A program made the position numbers and the translations under genes. 64,000 bases of DNA from IMG/VR virus record IMGVR_UViG_3300009008_000010, positions 56,241-120,240 of that record. One strand, 5' to 3'. Under the pieces are notes generated by a model. That model was not told the origin of the DNA, ran no database searches, and saw only the letters and a list, made by a program, of their open reading frames with translations. The stretch comes from a virus. Numbering within the stretch: the first letter of the stretch is position 1; each line of letters opens with the position of its first letter. This document shows positions 48,310 to 60,204 of the stretch, piece by piece.

Positions 48310-49242
48310 ATGGTAAGTAGGCAAGAGAGGTTTACCAGAGTTTATCGTGATAACGCTTGGGGAAGTGGCCCAACACTATCTGAAGTAGATCATGTTAGAC
48401 AAGTTCTGCCTGAGATTTTAGTGAAGCGGAAAGTGCGGTCTATGCTTGACATACCGTGCGGAGATTTTCACTGGATGAAAACTGTGGAGCTTGGGGATGT
48501 TCAATACATAGGCGCAGATATTGTGCCGGAAATGATCGAAAGGAACAAATTAGATTATCCAACAATAGACTTTCGGTGTCTGGATTTGACTTCAGATGAA
48601 TTGCCAGAAGTTGATTTGGTGTTTTGCCGGGATTGTCTTGTTCATTTTTCATTAGAGGATTGTCACAAGGCATTAACGAATATCAAGCGGAGCGCCAAGT
48701 ATGTGATGATGACCACGTTCCCAGAACATCGCGGAAACAAGGATAAAGAAACCGGAAAAAGTTGGACAACCAGAAACTTAGCAGATCCCCCTTTTAATTT
48801 TCCTAAACCTCTGCAAGTCATCAACGAAAAAAATAAAAGACCCAAGTATACGGATAAGAGTCTTGCGGTATGGTCAACAGAATTCATCCCAGATATGGTA
48901 AGTAAGAACAGACGAAAACGCCTCATTAAATTATGGACAGAAGACCCTCATTGTTATTACTGTAAACGTAAAACGGTGATTGTCCTGATGGCTCCTGAAG
49001 AACGGATGCCTCGCAGATTTTCAAATTACCCTTTACGGGCGACATTGGAACACTTGCGAAGTAGATTAAATCCGTCTCGGCAGGAGCCTATTTCCAATGG
49101 TAATGAACAACGAATTGTTCTGGCTTGCAACGAATGCAATCAAGCACAGAACACAAAAGAGATGGATGGGTTGACTCGTGAAGAATTGTGGGAGCGATCT
49201 AAAAAAGGACACGATAATCCTCGAAATAAAAACGGAGAGTAG
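48310..49242 (+). CDS. class I SAM methyltransferase fused to an HNH domain
   Basis: LDIPCGDFHWM, DLVFCRDCLVH; C-terminal CYYC...ATLEHL...VLACNECN. Confidence 0.8.
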   Translation: MVSRQERFTRVYRDNAWGSGPTLSEVDHVRQVLPEILVKRKVRSMLDIPCGDFHWMKTVELGDVQYIGADIVPEMIERNKLDYPTIDFRCLDLTSDELPEVDLVFCRDCLVHFSLEDCHKALTNIKRSAKYVMMTTFPEHRGNKDKETGKSWTTRNLADPPFNFPKPLQVINEKNKRPKYTDKSLAVWSTEFIPDMVSKNRRKRLIKLWTEDPHCYYCKRKTVIVLMAPEERMPRRFSNYPLRATLEHLRSRLNPSRQEPISNGNEQRIVLACNECNQAQNTKEMDGLTREELWERSKKGHDNPRNKNGE

Positions 49243-49306
49243 CGCAGTCTGGTAGCGCATTTGGCTGGGGGCCAAAGGGTCGCAGGTTCAAATCCTGTCT
49301 CTCCGA
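49233..49306 (+). tRNA. tRNA-Pro(GGG)
   Basis: TTTGG-CTGGGGG-CCAAA. Confidence 0.92.
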
Positions 49307-49310
49307 CTAT

Positions 49311-49427
49311 AGGGTGTGCGTGAGTTCGATTCTCACCTTGCAGTTGGCGCTGGCACTTCACTGGAGATCCGGGTTCGATTCCCGGTGGAGCTTAGCGGCT
49401 TTATGGTCTAATGGTATGACGCCCCCT
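49311..49427 (+). ncRNA. circularly permuted tRNA-like RNA with two T arms
   Basis: T arm precedes a loop-closed acceptor stem TGGAGCT-TAGC-GGCTTTA, then the D arm. Confidence 0.7.
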
Positions 49428-49432
49428 TTTAT

Positions 49433-49509
<77 letters not shown>

Positions 49510-52500
49510 TATCTCGAAAAAAATAGGGAAGTTAAAATGTCAGATGAATACTCCCGTAAAAGCATTGCTTCGACCATCCTGAAATATCACAAAATAAGGG
49601 TGGATTGGCGGAAACACACATGGCAGGAAATGTCTGATTTATACCAGCGATTGAATCAGGCGAAGAATATTAAGAACAAATGGGGAGTTGATGTAGCTTG
49701 GCAGACTACGACGCTTCAAGAGTTGGTTAGGACTTACCATTCAGGTGAAGTTGCATGAAATTTCCAGCAACATATTGGTTGGGGTATTTGTTCACGATCT
49801 TGGGTTTTGGTGTAGCCATGTGGGGCTTATGGATGCCCCCAACATCACTTGCTCTTGGTCCGATCTTTGCTCGTTTCTTTTTCGCAATTGTTTTCCTTAT
49901 TGCAGGAGCAGGATGCTTTTATCATGCTATCCCAAGAATTAAAGGTAAAGGCCGGTGAGTCGGTAAAGAGAGTTGCCGATGATTTTGAATTTTTCTTTGA
50001 TACAAAGCCTCATCCTGATTTTTTAGGCGACGGAATGCGCCTCTATTTTGAGGTCAAAGACGAGTTTTCACGTTCGGTTGATTTGAATGGATTTGAAGAG
50101 ATCATGGAAAGGATGATGTGGGCTTTAAATTACGAATTTGGCAAGCATGATGTTCCTTTGAAGTTTTGGTCGTGTTCGTCAACTGACATGGAGTGGGAAG
50201 AAAAATGATTTTTGCTTTTTGCACTTTGGGTGACATGAATTTCAAGGAAGTGAAGAGGGAGTGTGCAGACAATAAATTTGTTCCGATACTCGTCTATGTG
50301 TATGAGGGAAAGAGGGTGATGCCCTATTTCTCTAGCGAAAACGTATGCAAAGATTTTTGCCGTCGCAACCTTCCCAAAGAGTGGCTGAGTGGTGCTGTCA
50401 CGCTTGGGCAGGAAGAGTTAGAAAAACTAGCGGCGGATAACAATATGGACGTAAAGTTGTTTGACTGGCCTCGAAATATCAAAAAGTTTGTGGAATGGGA
50501 TATTATCATCCATGAATTCCTTGACACGCCAGACATTTCGGCCAAGGCGATTAGATGACCCAAATTCAAAAAAAACGCGAATCCCAATACCGCAAGTCGC
50601 TTCGTCAGTGTGGTTTTCGGTCGTGGAAGCGAGCCAACTTACGTCGCGGTGAGTTGATCGCAAAGTCGGTATATGGCCAGACGAGTGATTCGGAAGAACT
50701 GGAATTGGCTGGGTTGCAGAGGTTAGCCGACCTGTATGTGAAGTGGAAGACCAATGATGCAACTGGACGGTCTATTCGTCGCCTAAAGCGACTCCAGAAA
50801 AAGATTGGGACGAATTAGTGACAGAACTCGGAATAGAGCTTAGATATATTAAGAATAAGAATGAGGTAAAGGTCCATAGCTACTGGTGGGACGGTGACGA
50901 TCTCATACTTGACACAGATAAGGGGCAATGGCGTCTCGAAAATGCTTATTTAACATCAATGACGTTTGGGGATCTCGATTATGGACACTCAGAAGAATGT
51001 ATCATCGAACAAAATGTGCAGTGGAGCCGGAACGACGGTTCCACCGAAAAGCAAGAGGGTTAGATGCCCAGTGTGCGGCAGCACGTACTATCGTAATTGA
51101 CGAATATCCCAAACGAGAAGATTCGGAAGTTATAAAAAAAATTCCGCCTCATAAAGTTAAAGGGTGGTGGAAGAAACCCAAGCCCAAAAGGAAAGAAAAA
51201 CGTGTCCACAAATGATGATGTTGTTGGCGGCGGCGTAACAAAGGCGTTTAAAGCCGATACAGGTCACATTGATAACACAAGCAAATACATTCGCCCTGAT
51301 GATCTTCCTGGTCGAGTGTGTAGAGTCCTTGAGGGTTATACTTTATTAGAAATGCGATCTAAAAAAGAGTCTCTTGAGGATATGGTTTATCGTTTTACTC
51401 ATATTGCTTCTGGTAAATGTGGGAATCCTCACGAAGATTGGATGGAGGATTTTCTTGAATTAGAAGCGATAGTGGAAGAGGCGGCTTACACATCTCCAGC
51501 CGAACTTGAGAGGCGAAGAAATGAGGCCAAAACTGAAGGACAAGCTGCTGGGCAAACCGCCCAAGCAGATGCTCCTAAGCCAGCGTGACAAGCGGCTTGA
51601 AGAAATTAGAATAGCCAAAGCTACCATCCTCAAGGAAGAAAAGAGTGGGGATGAGTGGCTAGATGCATTATATCCGTTGGTTAGGGAAGAAAATGAATTG
51701 CTTCTCGACTTCCCCGATCTCCCGCCCGATGAACCCATTGTGATCGAAAGTATCAATGGTGGTGGAGCTTGCCCTACTCAATTTTTTGGTAAAACACCAG
51801 ATGGCAAGGAAGTCTATGCTCGTTATCGCCACGGTTATTTAAGTGTGGAAATTGACGACGAGTGGATATTCGGTCAGCAGTTGCATTTGGACGATAATAA
51901 AGACCACAACATGGATCATTATCGTGAAATGTGGAATGGTGACGAAGAACGTGCCAAAGCATCTTTTAAAAGCCATGAATTAGTCTTGAAAATGAACGGT
52001 GGCTTCCATTCTTATGACGGCACACTCTCTTATAGCAGGTTAAAAGAGGCGACTAAAGGCTGGTTTATTTGGCCAGATGGACAGTGTGAGTGGAAATGAA
52101 AATTAATTTCGCAGCCGACAGAAAGAAAAGAAGTCGTTTCAGCCGTTGGGTGGAGAAACAGACCGATAAGGTGAAACACACTTATTGGAATGTAATCCCT
52201 TACGACTGGCGACCTGGGCAGATTTGGTATCGGTTCAAGTGTTGGGCTTGGAAACGACATACAACGGTCAAACCACGTTATTTGCCCCATACGTGGTGTG
52301 ACCGTTGTTCTATTTTGCCCCACATGATGTTTGAGATTTTAAGTCAGTTCATCGAAAAGGAGTGTTCCCCTGGTATTGTCGAGTGGTATGGGGAGAATGG
52401 CCATAAAATCACCGTAGATGGCACTGAGAAGTATGTTATGGATGAGATGAAGGACTTATGCTCCTGGTGGCACGAAATTTATAACAAGGAATACGAGCGA

Positions 52501-53401
52501 GTAGATAACGTCATTTGGGAATTAATTCACACTCATAATTTAGGGCCTCAAGGCGACTGGGATGAGATGAATGATCCCTTGGTGGACGATGATGGTGAAG
52601 TCTACGCCTACCGATGGAATCCTAAATATGAGACGGCAGAGAAAGAGACGCTGTATCACATGCTCTTGAATGCTCTTAATCGCTTGGAAAGAGAGCAACA
52701 TGAGGATTTAGAAGAAAAGATGATTCGCCTCTGTAAGCTGAGGGCATACATGTGGACGTAATCACAATTGAGGATACAAGCGATTGTAATACTTGCGAGG
52801 CCAGACACAGAACAGTCTGGGCATTGATGTTAAGTGTGAAAATTGTTTGTCTTGGAGATGCTTGGTGTTACGACTGTGGCCGACGATATGAGATTGTAGC
52901 AGAGGAGTTATAAAGATGGGAATGTCAGTTAGTATGCGGGCGTCTTATGAGGCTATGCAGGAGTTTGAAAAGAAGCTCTCTGCCTATGACTTTGGCGCTC
53001 ATAGTGTTTATGTTCTACACGAAGAAGGCACCACTTATTTTATAAGGAATGCCTTTATTGTAGATACTGATGGCGATTACATCTGGGTTTTTTGTGAACA
53101 TCAAGTAAATTTGATTTTTCACAAGGACGAACTTTCTGGTTATTCTATGTTAAGGCAGTCTAGTTGCTTTACGCAAGAGTATCAACCTAAGAATTATAGA
53201 GGCGAAACCAGCCCGGCCTTTGAATTATCACAAAAATTAGCCGATGAATATGGGCTTACTCGCAGGTGTAGTATAAATATTGAGGGTGCAATCAATAATA
53301 TATTGATTGCTTCTCAAAATTGTTCGATAGATCACGTTGAAGATATTCTTAGTGATGTGATTGAGAATGTTGAGTTTTTAGAAGATATGGAAGAAGAATA
53401 G

Positions 53402-53474
53402 GCTATCGTAGCTCAGTTGGTAGAGCGCGTCCTTGGTAAGGACGAGGCCGTGGGTTCAAGTCCCACCGATAGCT
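53402..53474 (+). tRNA. tRNA-Thr(GGT)
   Basis: CGTCC-TTGGTAA-GGACG. Confidence 0.94.
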
Positions 53475-53609
53475 CTTATGAAAACTAAATTAAGAGATTT
53501 ATGGCCAGTTTGGTCGTATTTTGGGTTGGCCATCCTGATAGTTCTGTTCGCTTTGTGGAAGGCGTAAGTATATTTAAGCAAGGTTATGAGCCTCGGATGT
53601 TCCACTCGT

Positions 53610-53645
53610 AGCCGCCTTGCTTAATTTAAGTGGGGCGGCTTTTTT
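53610..53645 (+). terminator. intrinsic terminator
   Basis: AGCCGCCTTGCTTAA/TTAAGTGGGGCGGCT plus T tract. Confidence 0.7.
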
Positions 53646-53716
53646 GGCCTGTGGTGTAATTGGCAACACACGGGGTTTTGGACCCCGGATTCCAGGTTCA
53701 AGTCCTGGCAGGCCAG
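53645..53716 (+). tRNA. tRNA-Gln(TTG)
   Basis: CGGGG-TTTTGGA-CCCCG. Confidence 0.92.
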
Positions 53717-53719
53717 CTT

Positions 53720-54676
53720 ATGAAGATTTGCACTAGATATTCCCAATCAGGGACTTTAACTTTTACTCCCAATTACATTGGGGAATGTTGTCCCAAACGA
53801 ACACCTCTGGTCGATCAAGCAGTTCGCAGATACGCAAGTGTCTCGAAATTAGTAGATGCTATAATTAGAAACAGGGAAGCTCTGCAAGTTCTTTGGCAGA
53901 CAGGTGGCGGCATTTGTGCTGACTGTCCTCAGTTGCAAGGAGGCGCAACATCTTACAACAAAACAAAAACCTTAGTATTTAACAATCATAGTGTTTGTAA
54001 TGCTAAGTGTTCGTATTGTTTTGGGGATGTTTGGAGAGACAAAAAGCCTCCCGGTTATGACTTATTCCCTATTATAAAGGAGTTGTTAAAAAGGGATGAG
54101 TTGCACCCCAATGCCCAATTTATTTGGAATGGAGGGGAGCCTGCAATATACCCCAGAAAAAAGGATTTTGAAGCGTGTATGCAGTTAATTACAGAACATG
54201 GGTATGAGAACCTTATCAATTCCAATGGGATTGTCTTTTCTGAAATAATCGCTGCCGCTTTAGAAAACAACCCCAGTGCCGCATTAAGATGTAGTGTAGA
54301 TGCTGGCACTCGTGCAGTGTATTTAAGACTTCACAGGGTTGATAAATTCTCCCAGGTCTGGGAGAATTTATGTAAATATGCAGAAGCGTGTTCTCCCCAT
54401 CAAATTGTGATCAAATACATAAAATTGTCTGAAAACGACAACTCGAAAGAATATACAAAGTTTTTAAATGAAATTGAGGCGAGAGGTTTATCTAAATCCA
54501 AGATAATTGTGGCATCCGATTTAAGAGACAACCCCAAATTGTCTGCTCTTAGTTCAGAGGAAATGTTTGCAAGAATCGCTGACGAAAAGGGGATAGACAT
54601 AAGTTTTCTTAATTATGCTAACAATTTACCTCAAAGATTCAGAACCCCGCCAGAGGCTAAAGAGTTCAATGCATGA
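53720..54676 (+). CDS. radical SAM protein
   Basis: CNAKCSYC, GGEP, SNG, SVDAGT..VY. Confidence 0.88.
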   Translation: MKICTRYSQSGTLTFTPNYIGECCPKRTPLVDQAVRRYASVSKLVDAIIRNREALQVLWQTGGGICADCPQLQGGATSYNKTKTLVFNNHSVCNAKCSYCFGDVWRDKKPPGYDLFPIIKELLKRDELHPNAQFIWNGGEPAIYPRKKDFEACMQLITEHGYENLINSNGIVFSEIIAAALENNPSAALRCSVDAGTRAVYLRLHRVDKFSQVWENLCKYAEACSPHQIVIKYIKLSENDNSKEYTKFLNEIEARGLSKSKIIVASDLRDNPKLSALSSEEMFARIADEKGIDISFLNYANNLPQRFRTPPEAKEFNA

Positions 54677-55226
54677 AATACATGACATGTATAGCGACAT
54701 AAGTAGCACGGGTTACTGGCTTGATAACCGAGGCAAAGATGAGTTTGATGAGAGGTTGTCTAGGGCGCTTGCTTTGTTTTTCAAACATAAAACTGTTGTA
54801 GATATGGGTTGTGGTAGAGGTCGATATGTGAAAACGTTTGTTGATCATGGGATACAATGTCGTGGTTATGATGGGAACCCGCTGACTTCTGAACTTGAGT
54901 TTTGTGAGGTTTTAGATTTGTCCAATCCAGTTGAATTGGGTCAATTTGATTGGGTTTTGAGTTTAGAAGTTGGTGAGCATATCCCCAGAGAGTATGAATC
55001 GGTTTTTATAGATAACTTACACAAACACAATACTAAGGGTATCATATTAAGTTGGGCTAAGCCGGGTCAACCAGGAAAAGGTCATTTTAATTGCAGGCCC
55101 AGAAAATACATCAAAAACAAATTTGCTGGTATGGGTTATGAGAACGATCTGGGGTTGGAAAGATTATTGAGAGGATTTGCTTACTTGGGGTGGTTCAAAC
55201 GAAACATTATGGTGTTTACAAGATGA
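54669..55226 (+). CDS. class I SAM methyltransferase
   Basis: VDMGCGRG, GYDGNP, SLEVGEHIP, SWA.PGQ.G.GH.NC. Confidence 0.88.
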   Translation: MHEIHDMYSDISSTGYWLDNRGKDEFDERLSRALALFFKHKTVVDMGCGRGRYVKTFVDHGIQCRGYDGNPLTSELEFCEVLDLSNPVELGQFDWVLSLEVGEHIPREYESVFIDNLHKHNTKGIILSWAKPGQPGKGHFNCRPRKYIKNKFAGMGYENDLGLERLLRGFAYLGWFKRNIMVFTR

Positions 55227-56237
55227 TGAAAGACAATGTAGAATGCCCCACCTGTAGTAATAACAAGTGGGAGCTAGAGGAAGATCACGCTCATTGCTCA
55301 GAGTGTGGCTCTGTTATCCGGTTTGATGAGTTGCGATGCCTCCTGTTATATGGAAAGCGACCCATTGATAAACTCTTAGATGACTCACTCAAGGATGATG
55401 AAGGATGGGGAACAGATTAAGATACGAACCGACTTCAAAAGACATAGCAAGGGAAACAGCTAAGATCAGAGCAGGTTGGTCAGAAAGAGAGCATAGGAAA
55501 AGAGCCGTAGGTGTTCCTATATGCAATGATTGGCTTCCTCCAGTCATTGTGTTGGAAGATGTAGTTATGCATGATGCCATAAAAGAGCATAATCTTGCTA
55601 CTCATAACGGCGTGAGGCTGTGAAGCAAAATAAAAAAGTCTTCTATCTGTGTGAAATCTACAATGATCGTCCAGATCATTGCGAGGGCTATCCCTGGAAT
55701 GGTGCTAACGATATATTTCCCGATTGTATTTTCTATGATGCAAAACACAACATGCTGAACACAAGGGAAGAACAGTTGGAAATAAATACTGAGGCGGAAA
55801 TAAATGAGGCGTGCTGTCGTTGCGGTAAGTGCTGCTGTTACTGGGAAAACGGTAAAATGATTCACAAATGTCAAAAACTAAAAAGGATTGTTGTTGATGC
55901 ATGAAGCACATCAAAAAATGGCTAACTTTCAAAGCCTTTTGGGTATTTACGCTAGGAGGCTAGATGATGTGGGGGTTGTTCCTGAGAAGGCAAATACAAG
56001 TGTGATGGTTTCTTCGGATGCAATGTTGCGTCACGTCAGTTGGATGATCGTAGAAATGTCATCATCAATGGTGATACATGCTTACGAGAGTTTAATATAC
56101 GACCATAATAAAGAACCAGCACAGAAAGAAGTGGAAAAAGTTCATCGCTGGCTAGGTTATATACAAGGCGTGCTTTCCGCACAAGAAATCTATACTATTG
56201 ATGAATTAAGGGACCAAACTCGCCTCGTTTTTTAACA

Positions 56238-56939
56238 ATGAAATTTTTAGTAGTAGTCCGCAGGACTGAAAAATGGAATGAACTTACAAGTAGGGAGATG
56301 TGTGACAAGATTCGGGAGCAAGCACCCGTTCGTCGCCCCGTTATAACTGATCTTTTCTTTGAGGGGGTTGAGCTATGGGATAAGGAATGCAGTATTTCTT
56401 TTTGTGAATATCGTCAGATTCTTTGGGAGATTGCGCAGGAGTCTTGGCAAAAGGCTGGTTTAGAGTGGATCGAATTTCAAGACTTTCAAAGTTTGCCTAA
56501 AGATGACGATTTAATTTTGCTTCCAACTGATGATGATGATGTTTACGCTCCTTTTATCAAGCGTGTATTAGAAAACCATTTTAGTGGCATGGATGGCTTG
56601 AAGTGGTCGCCTGTTAGGTATTTTCCTATTACCAACAATATAAGTAGTTTTGATAACGGTATTGTCGGAACTAACTCATATGCACTTAGGTCTACTGCTG
56701 TTTTTAACCGAGGTCAGATAACGGCTCATTCTCAGGGTTTTTATAATCTTGAAAAAACCAAACATTTAGATATGTGTTTGTCTTTATCTTTATCAATTCG
56801 ACACCCAGCGTCTATTAGTTTCTTAGAGGGCGTTGTTGAAGACAACAAAAGCAGAAGTGCGGATTTACCAAGGTGGTTCCAAGAGACGGCTGATCGCCTT
56901 CACAACTTGACAGTTAATTTAGGGTTGAGTAAACTATGA
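56238..56939 (+). CDS. possible glycosyltransferase-like protein
   Basis: ILLPTDDDD (DxD-like); HPAS motif. Confidence 0.45.
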   Translation: MKFLVVVRRTEKWNELTSREMCDKIREQAPVRRPVITDLFFEGVELWDKECSISFCEYRQILWEIAQESWQKAGLEWIEFQDFQSLPKDDDLILLPTDDDDVYAPFIKRVLENHFSGMDGLKWSPVRYFPITNNISSFDNGIVGTNSYALRSTAVFNRGQITAHSQGFYNLEKTKHLDMCLSLSLSIRHPASISFLEGVVEDNKSRSADLPRWFQETADRLHNLTVNLGLSKL

Positions 56940-57124
56940 CTGGCATTATTTGCAAGATGGGTTGGCATGATTGGGAAACGTTTGAAACCACTCGCATTTG
57001 TCGTAAATGTGAGAAAAAACAAGCCTTGTTTGCTGTAGGTATGGAAGAGGAACGAGGCGAGAGTGGTCGTCCTGTGTTCCATGCTGGTTGGCAAGATTAC
57101 GATTGGACGAAAGACCCAATGTAG

Positions 57125-57197
57125 GCGTCTATGGTGTTCAATGGCAGCACGGGAGCTTCCCAAGCTCTAGGTACGGGTTCGAGTCCCGTTAGACGCT
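57125..57197 (+). tRNA. tRNA-Gly(CCC)
   Basis: GGAGC-TTCCCAA-GCTCT. Confidence 0.92.
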
Positions 57198-58466
57198 CTG
57201 AAAGGAGCTTCACATGTTTGATTGGTGGAAAAAGCCGGTTCGTAGTTCCAAGGAAGGCGAGCGATTGACTGATTGGGAGTGTAAAAAGATCGCCAAGACC
57301 TTAAAATGCCCCGATTGCGGTGGAGCATTAAAAAAAGGTCCAGAAGGCGGTTGTTCAGTAAACGTGTGTTGCATACAATGTTTTAGTGAATTTAATATCA
57401 CTATATGGGATGGCTCTTGTATGGGCGAACGGATTAGCGATGTAGGCCCAAGGGATGTGGGGGATAGAGCATGGGCGTATCAGTTAAAACAAAAGGTGTA
57501 AATGATGCTTCTTCTCTCAGCTATAGAGAGAAGTTAATCCGTGAATATAATGAATATGGAGCGGAACTAGATTGTTTGTGGCGTGCGGCTCGGTTTGGTG
57601 ATAGGTGCGAAAATTGCGATCAGCCCTTGGGGACCATGAGCGGTGCTGTGGAATCAGAGAGGATAGAGTGGCTGCTGGATCGCCTCTATAATATTGTGTT
57701 GGATTTGGAGACTTTAAATGGAATCGAAAGTGATAGCGGGCCTTCGGGCGATACATAATCGTTATTTTCGCCCAGTGATTGCTAATCAAAATGGGCTTTT
57801 AGTCCATCATGGCGATTGTGACATACATCGTGCTAAAGAAATGCATAGCTTCGCAGCTTGCACATGTGGGTTGCTACATGATTTGCGATGGCTGGAATGG
57901 TCCTTGGTAGAGAAGATGTATCCCAAATTTGGAGATGAATTAGTTCACTCCGATATGACTTGGGAGATGGAGCAAGAAGCAAAAGGACGAGAGCCTATTT
58001 CGCATGAAGAAACTCTGAAGATATTTAAGGAGGCGGGCTTTAAAATCAATGATGATCCGCCTACGGAAGAAGAATTAAAAAAAATAGAGGCGAGAGATAA
58101 AGAACATTGGGAATCAATAGAATATGTGTTCGGTAAGGAATATGTGGAATATTTAAACCAACAGAATGATGCCAGTAGCGAGCATGATTGTTCCCATGAT
58201 AACTCTGAATAGGAAATAATGTTCGCCACAAAAATGGTGTGAGTCAGGCATTGGAATTTTCTCCTTTTAAAAGCATGATAATGACAGCAGCAATCATACC
58301 TAGTGTTGATAGCAGTTCATATATCATTTCCATGCTTTATAAATCCTTACCATACACTAGATTATATTAAAAGGGTGTTATGATTTGGTTAAAATTAGGT
58401 TAAGGTGTTGTGTCCTAAATTAAATTATTGAGTTGATTTTCTTCTGTAGCTTTGCTATATAAGGCT

Positions 58467-59024
58467 ATGGAAGTAAAACAACAATTGTTAGATTATGCCA
58501 GTCGTGGTTTAAGTCGTTCAGAGATTGCCAAGGCTTTAGGAAGGAGTAGAAGTTGGGTCAACAAGTGGATGGCTCAATACGGGATAAAAACTCATGCTAA
58601 GCCCGGCGCTAAGCCCGGCAAAAAAGGTAAAATTAAGAATAATAGTTGTGAAGTGTGTGGTGGAACGATAAAAAGGAATGCTTCCAAATATTGTAGCTCT
58701 AGTTGTTGTGCAAAGGCTAAATGGGAAAAGACGAAAAGAAAGATTCAAAAGACAGGAAAGATAGATAATTCTAAACAAGGCAGAAAGTATTTTATTGAGG
58801 CGCAAGGATGTGTTTGTTCAATTTGTGGTTGCGAGGAATGGAATAGGTTGCCAATTCCTTTGGTGTTAGATCATATTAATGGTAATGCTGATGATTGGCG
58901 ATTGCAAAATCTAAGAATGGTTTGTCATAATTGCGATGCTCAATTGCCAACTTACAAAAACAAAAACAGAGGGAATGGGAGGCACACCCGACGACAACGA
59001 TATAGTGAAGGAAAAAGTTATTAA
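58467..59024 (+). CDS. HNH homing endonuclease with N-terminal HTH
   Basis: LVLDHINGNADDWRLQNLRMVCHNCDAQLPTY. Confidence 0.9.
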   Translation: MEVKQQLLDYASRGLSRSEIAKALGRSRSWVNKWMAQYGIKTHAKPGAKPGKKGKIKNNSCEVCGGTIKRNASKYCSSSCCAKAKWEKTKRKIQKTGKIDNSKQGRKYFIEAQGCVCSICGCEEWNRLPIPLVLDHINGNADDWRLQNLRMVCHNCDAQLPTYKNKNRGNGRHTRRQRYSEGKSY

Positions 59025-59025
59025 C

Positions 59026-59098
59026 GCCACTGTAGCTCAATTGGCAGAGCGGCACACCTGTAATGTGCATGTTAGGGGTTCAATTCCTCTCAGTGGCT
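59026..59098 (+). tRNA. tRNA-Thr(TGT), C33
   Basis: GCACA-CCTGTAA-TGTGC. Confidence 0.88.
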
Positions 59099-59141
59099 CT
59101 AAGGTAGTTGGGGGCAAGTTCCACTTGTCTTCTTTGCCTTT

Positions 59142-59187
59142 CACCCCGCACCGGGTCAGGTCTTAACCGAAGCAGCCCAGCGGGGTG
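59142..59187 (+). ncRNA. minimal SRP RNA (4.5S domain IV/helix 8)-like hairpin
   Basis: GGGTCAGGTC...GAAGCAGCCC inside CACCCCGC/GCGGGGTG. Confidence 0.72.
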
Positions 59188-60204
59188 TTTTTATTTAAGG
59201 ACACAGAAATGGACGAAGAACAACTTAAAATATGTCAATTTTCTACAGGGTGTAGATACCTTGGCGTGCGTGATGATGACACTTACGAATGTCTCAAGAA
59301 CGATGCTAATAAGCGTAAAACAATTGACGAAGAGGTGTATGCTATTATTCCCAGTTTAATTAAAAAGCCGAACGCTCTCCTGTTAGACATGTTGCCTTTG
59401 GGAGATTTTTGTAAAGGGATTTAAAGTGGTCTCAGAAAAAATCAAACAATTAGCTGCTAGTTATTGCAACCGAGTGATGGATAATAAATCGGATGAATTA
59501 ACAAGAGGGGTTGAATCTTTTGGAAAACCCAGCCTTCGTAGTAGTTGTGAGTATTGTTATCCAACCTACGGCGATGCTGAGGATTTATTTCGAGCTTGTG
59601 AGCTTTATGAGAGGTCGAGGAATGGAAGCCTATAAAATCTTTGACTTGGGTGCAGATGGCCCCAAAACGTTATTTCACGGTCTTGAAGGTAGCAGAACGC
59701 TACCAGTGGGAAAGTGGCTAGATGCTGAAATTAAATTAGTCACAGATGGATCTAGAGCGGAGCCTTATGAAAGTGGTTTCCATGCCTACTATACTTTGGA
59801 CGATATTCACGAATGGTTGCTGAGGGCCAAGAACCTCGATCATCGAGTCGTTGTCAAGGTAGAAGTGAAAGGTTGCTGGGAGAAACCACGGGCTATTCGT
59901 CCCACAATTCTGGCTAAACGCCTCAAAATCTCTGATCGAAATTGGAAAAACAGAATTCCTGCGAGAGAGTTCCTAAATACAGTAACTCTCACGGAGGCTT
60001 AGGAATGTTTAATTTAGTAGCTTGTTCGGTATTTATGATTGTAGCTATTGCGCACTTGGTAAGGGCAATCTGTGGGTGGGATTTATTAATTGGTAGAGCA
60101 CCAGGACATACTTTCAAAAAAGAAGGATTTTACTGGATGATGCCGAGATGGGTCTCATGGTTTGCCGCACTTGCCATTGGGGCGTTAGCAGTATGGGGAC
60201 TTTT

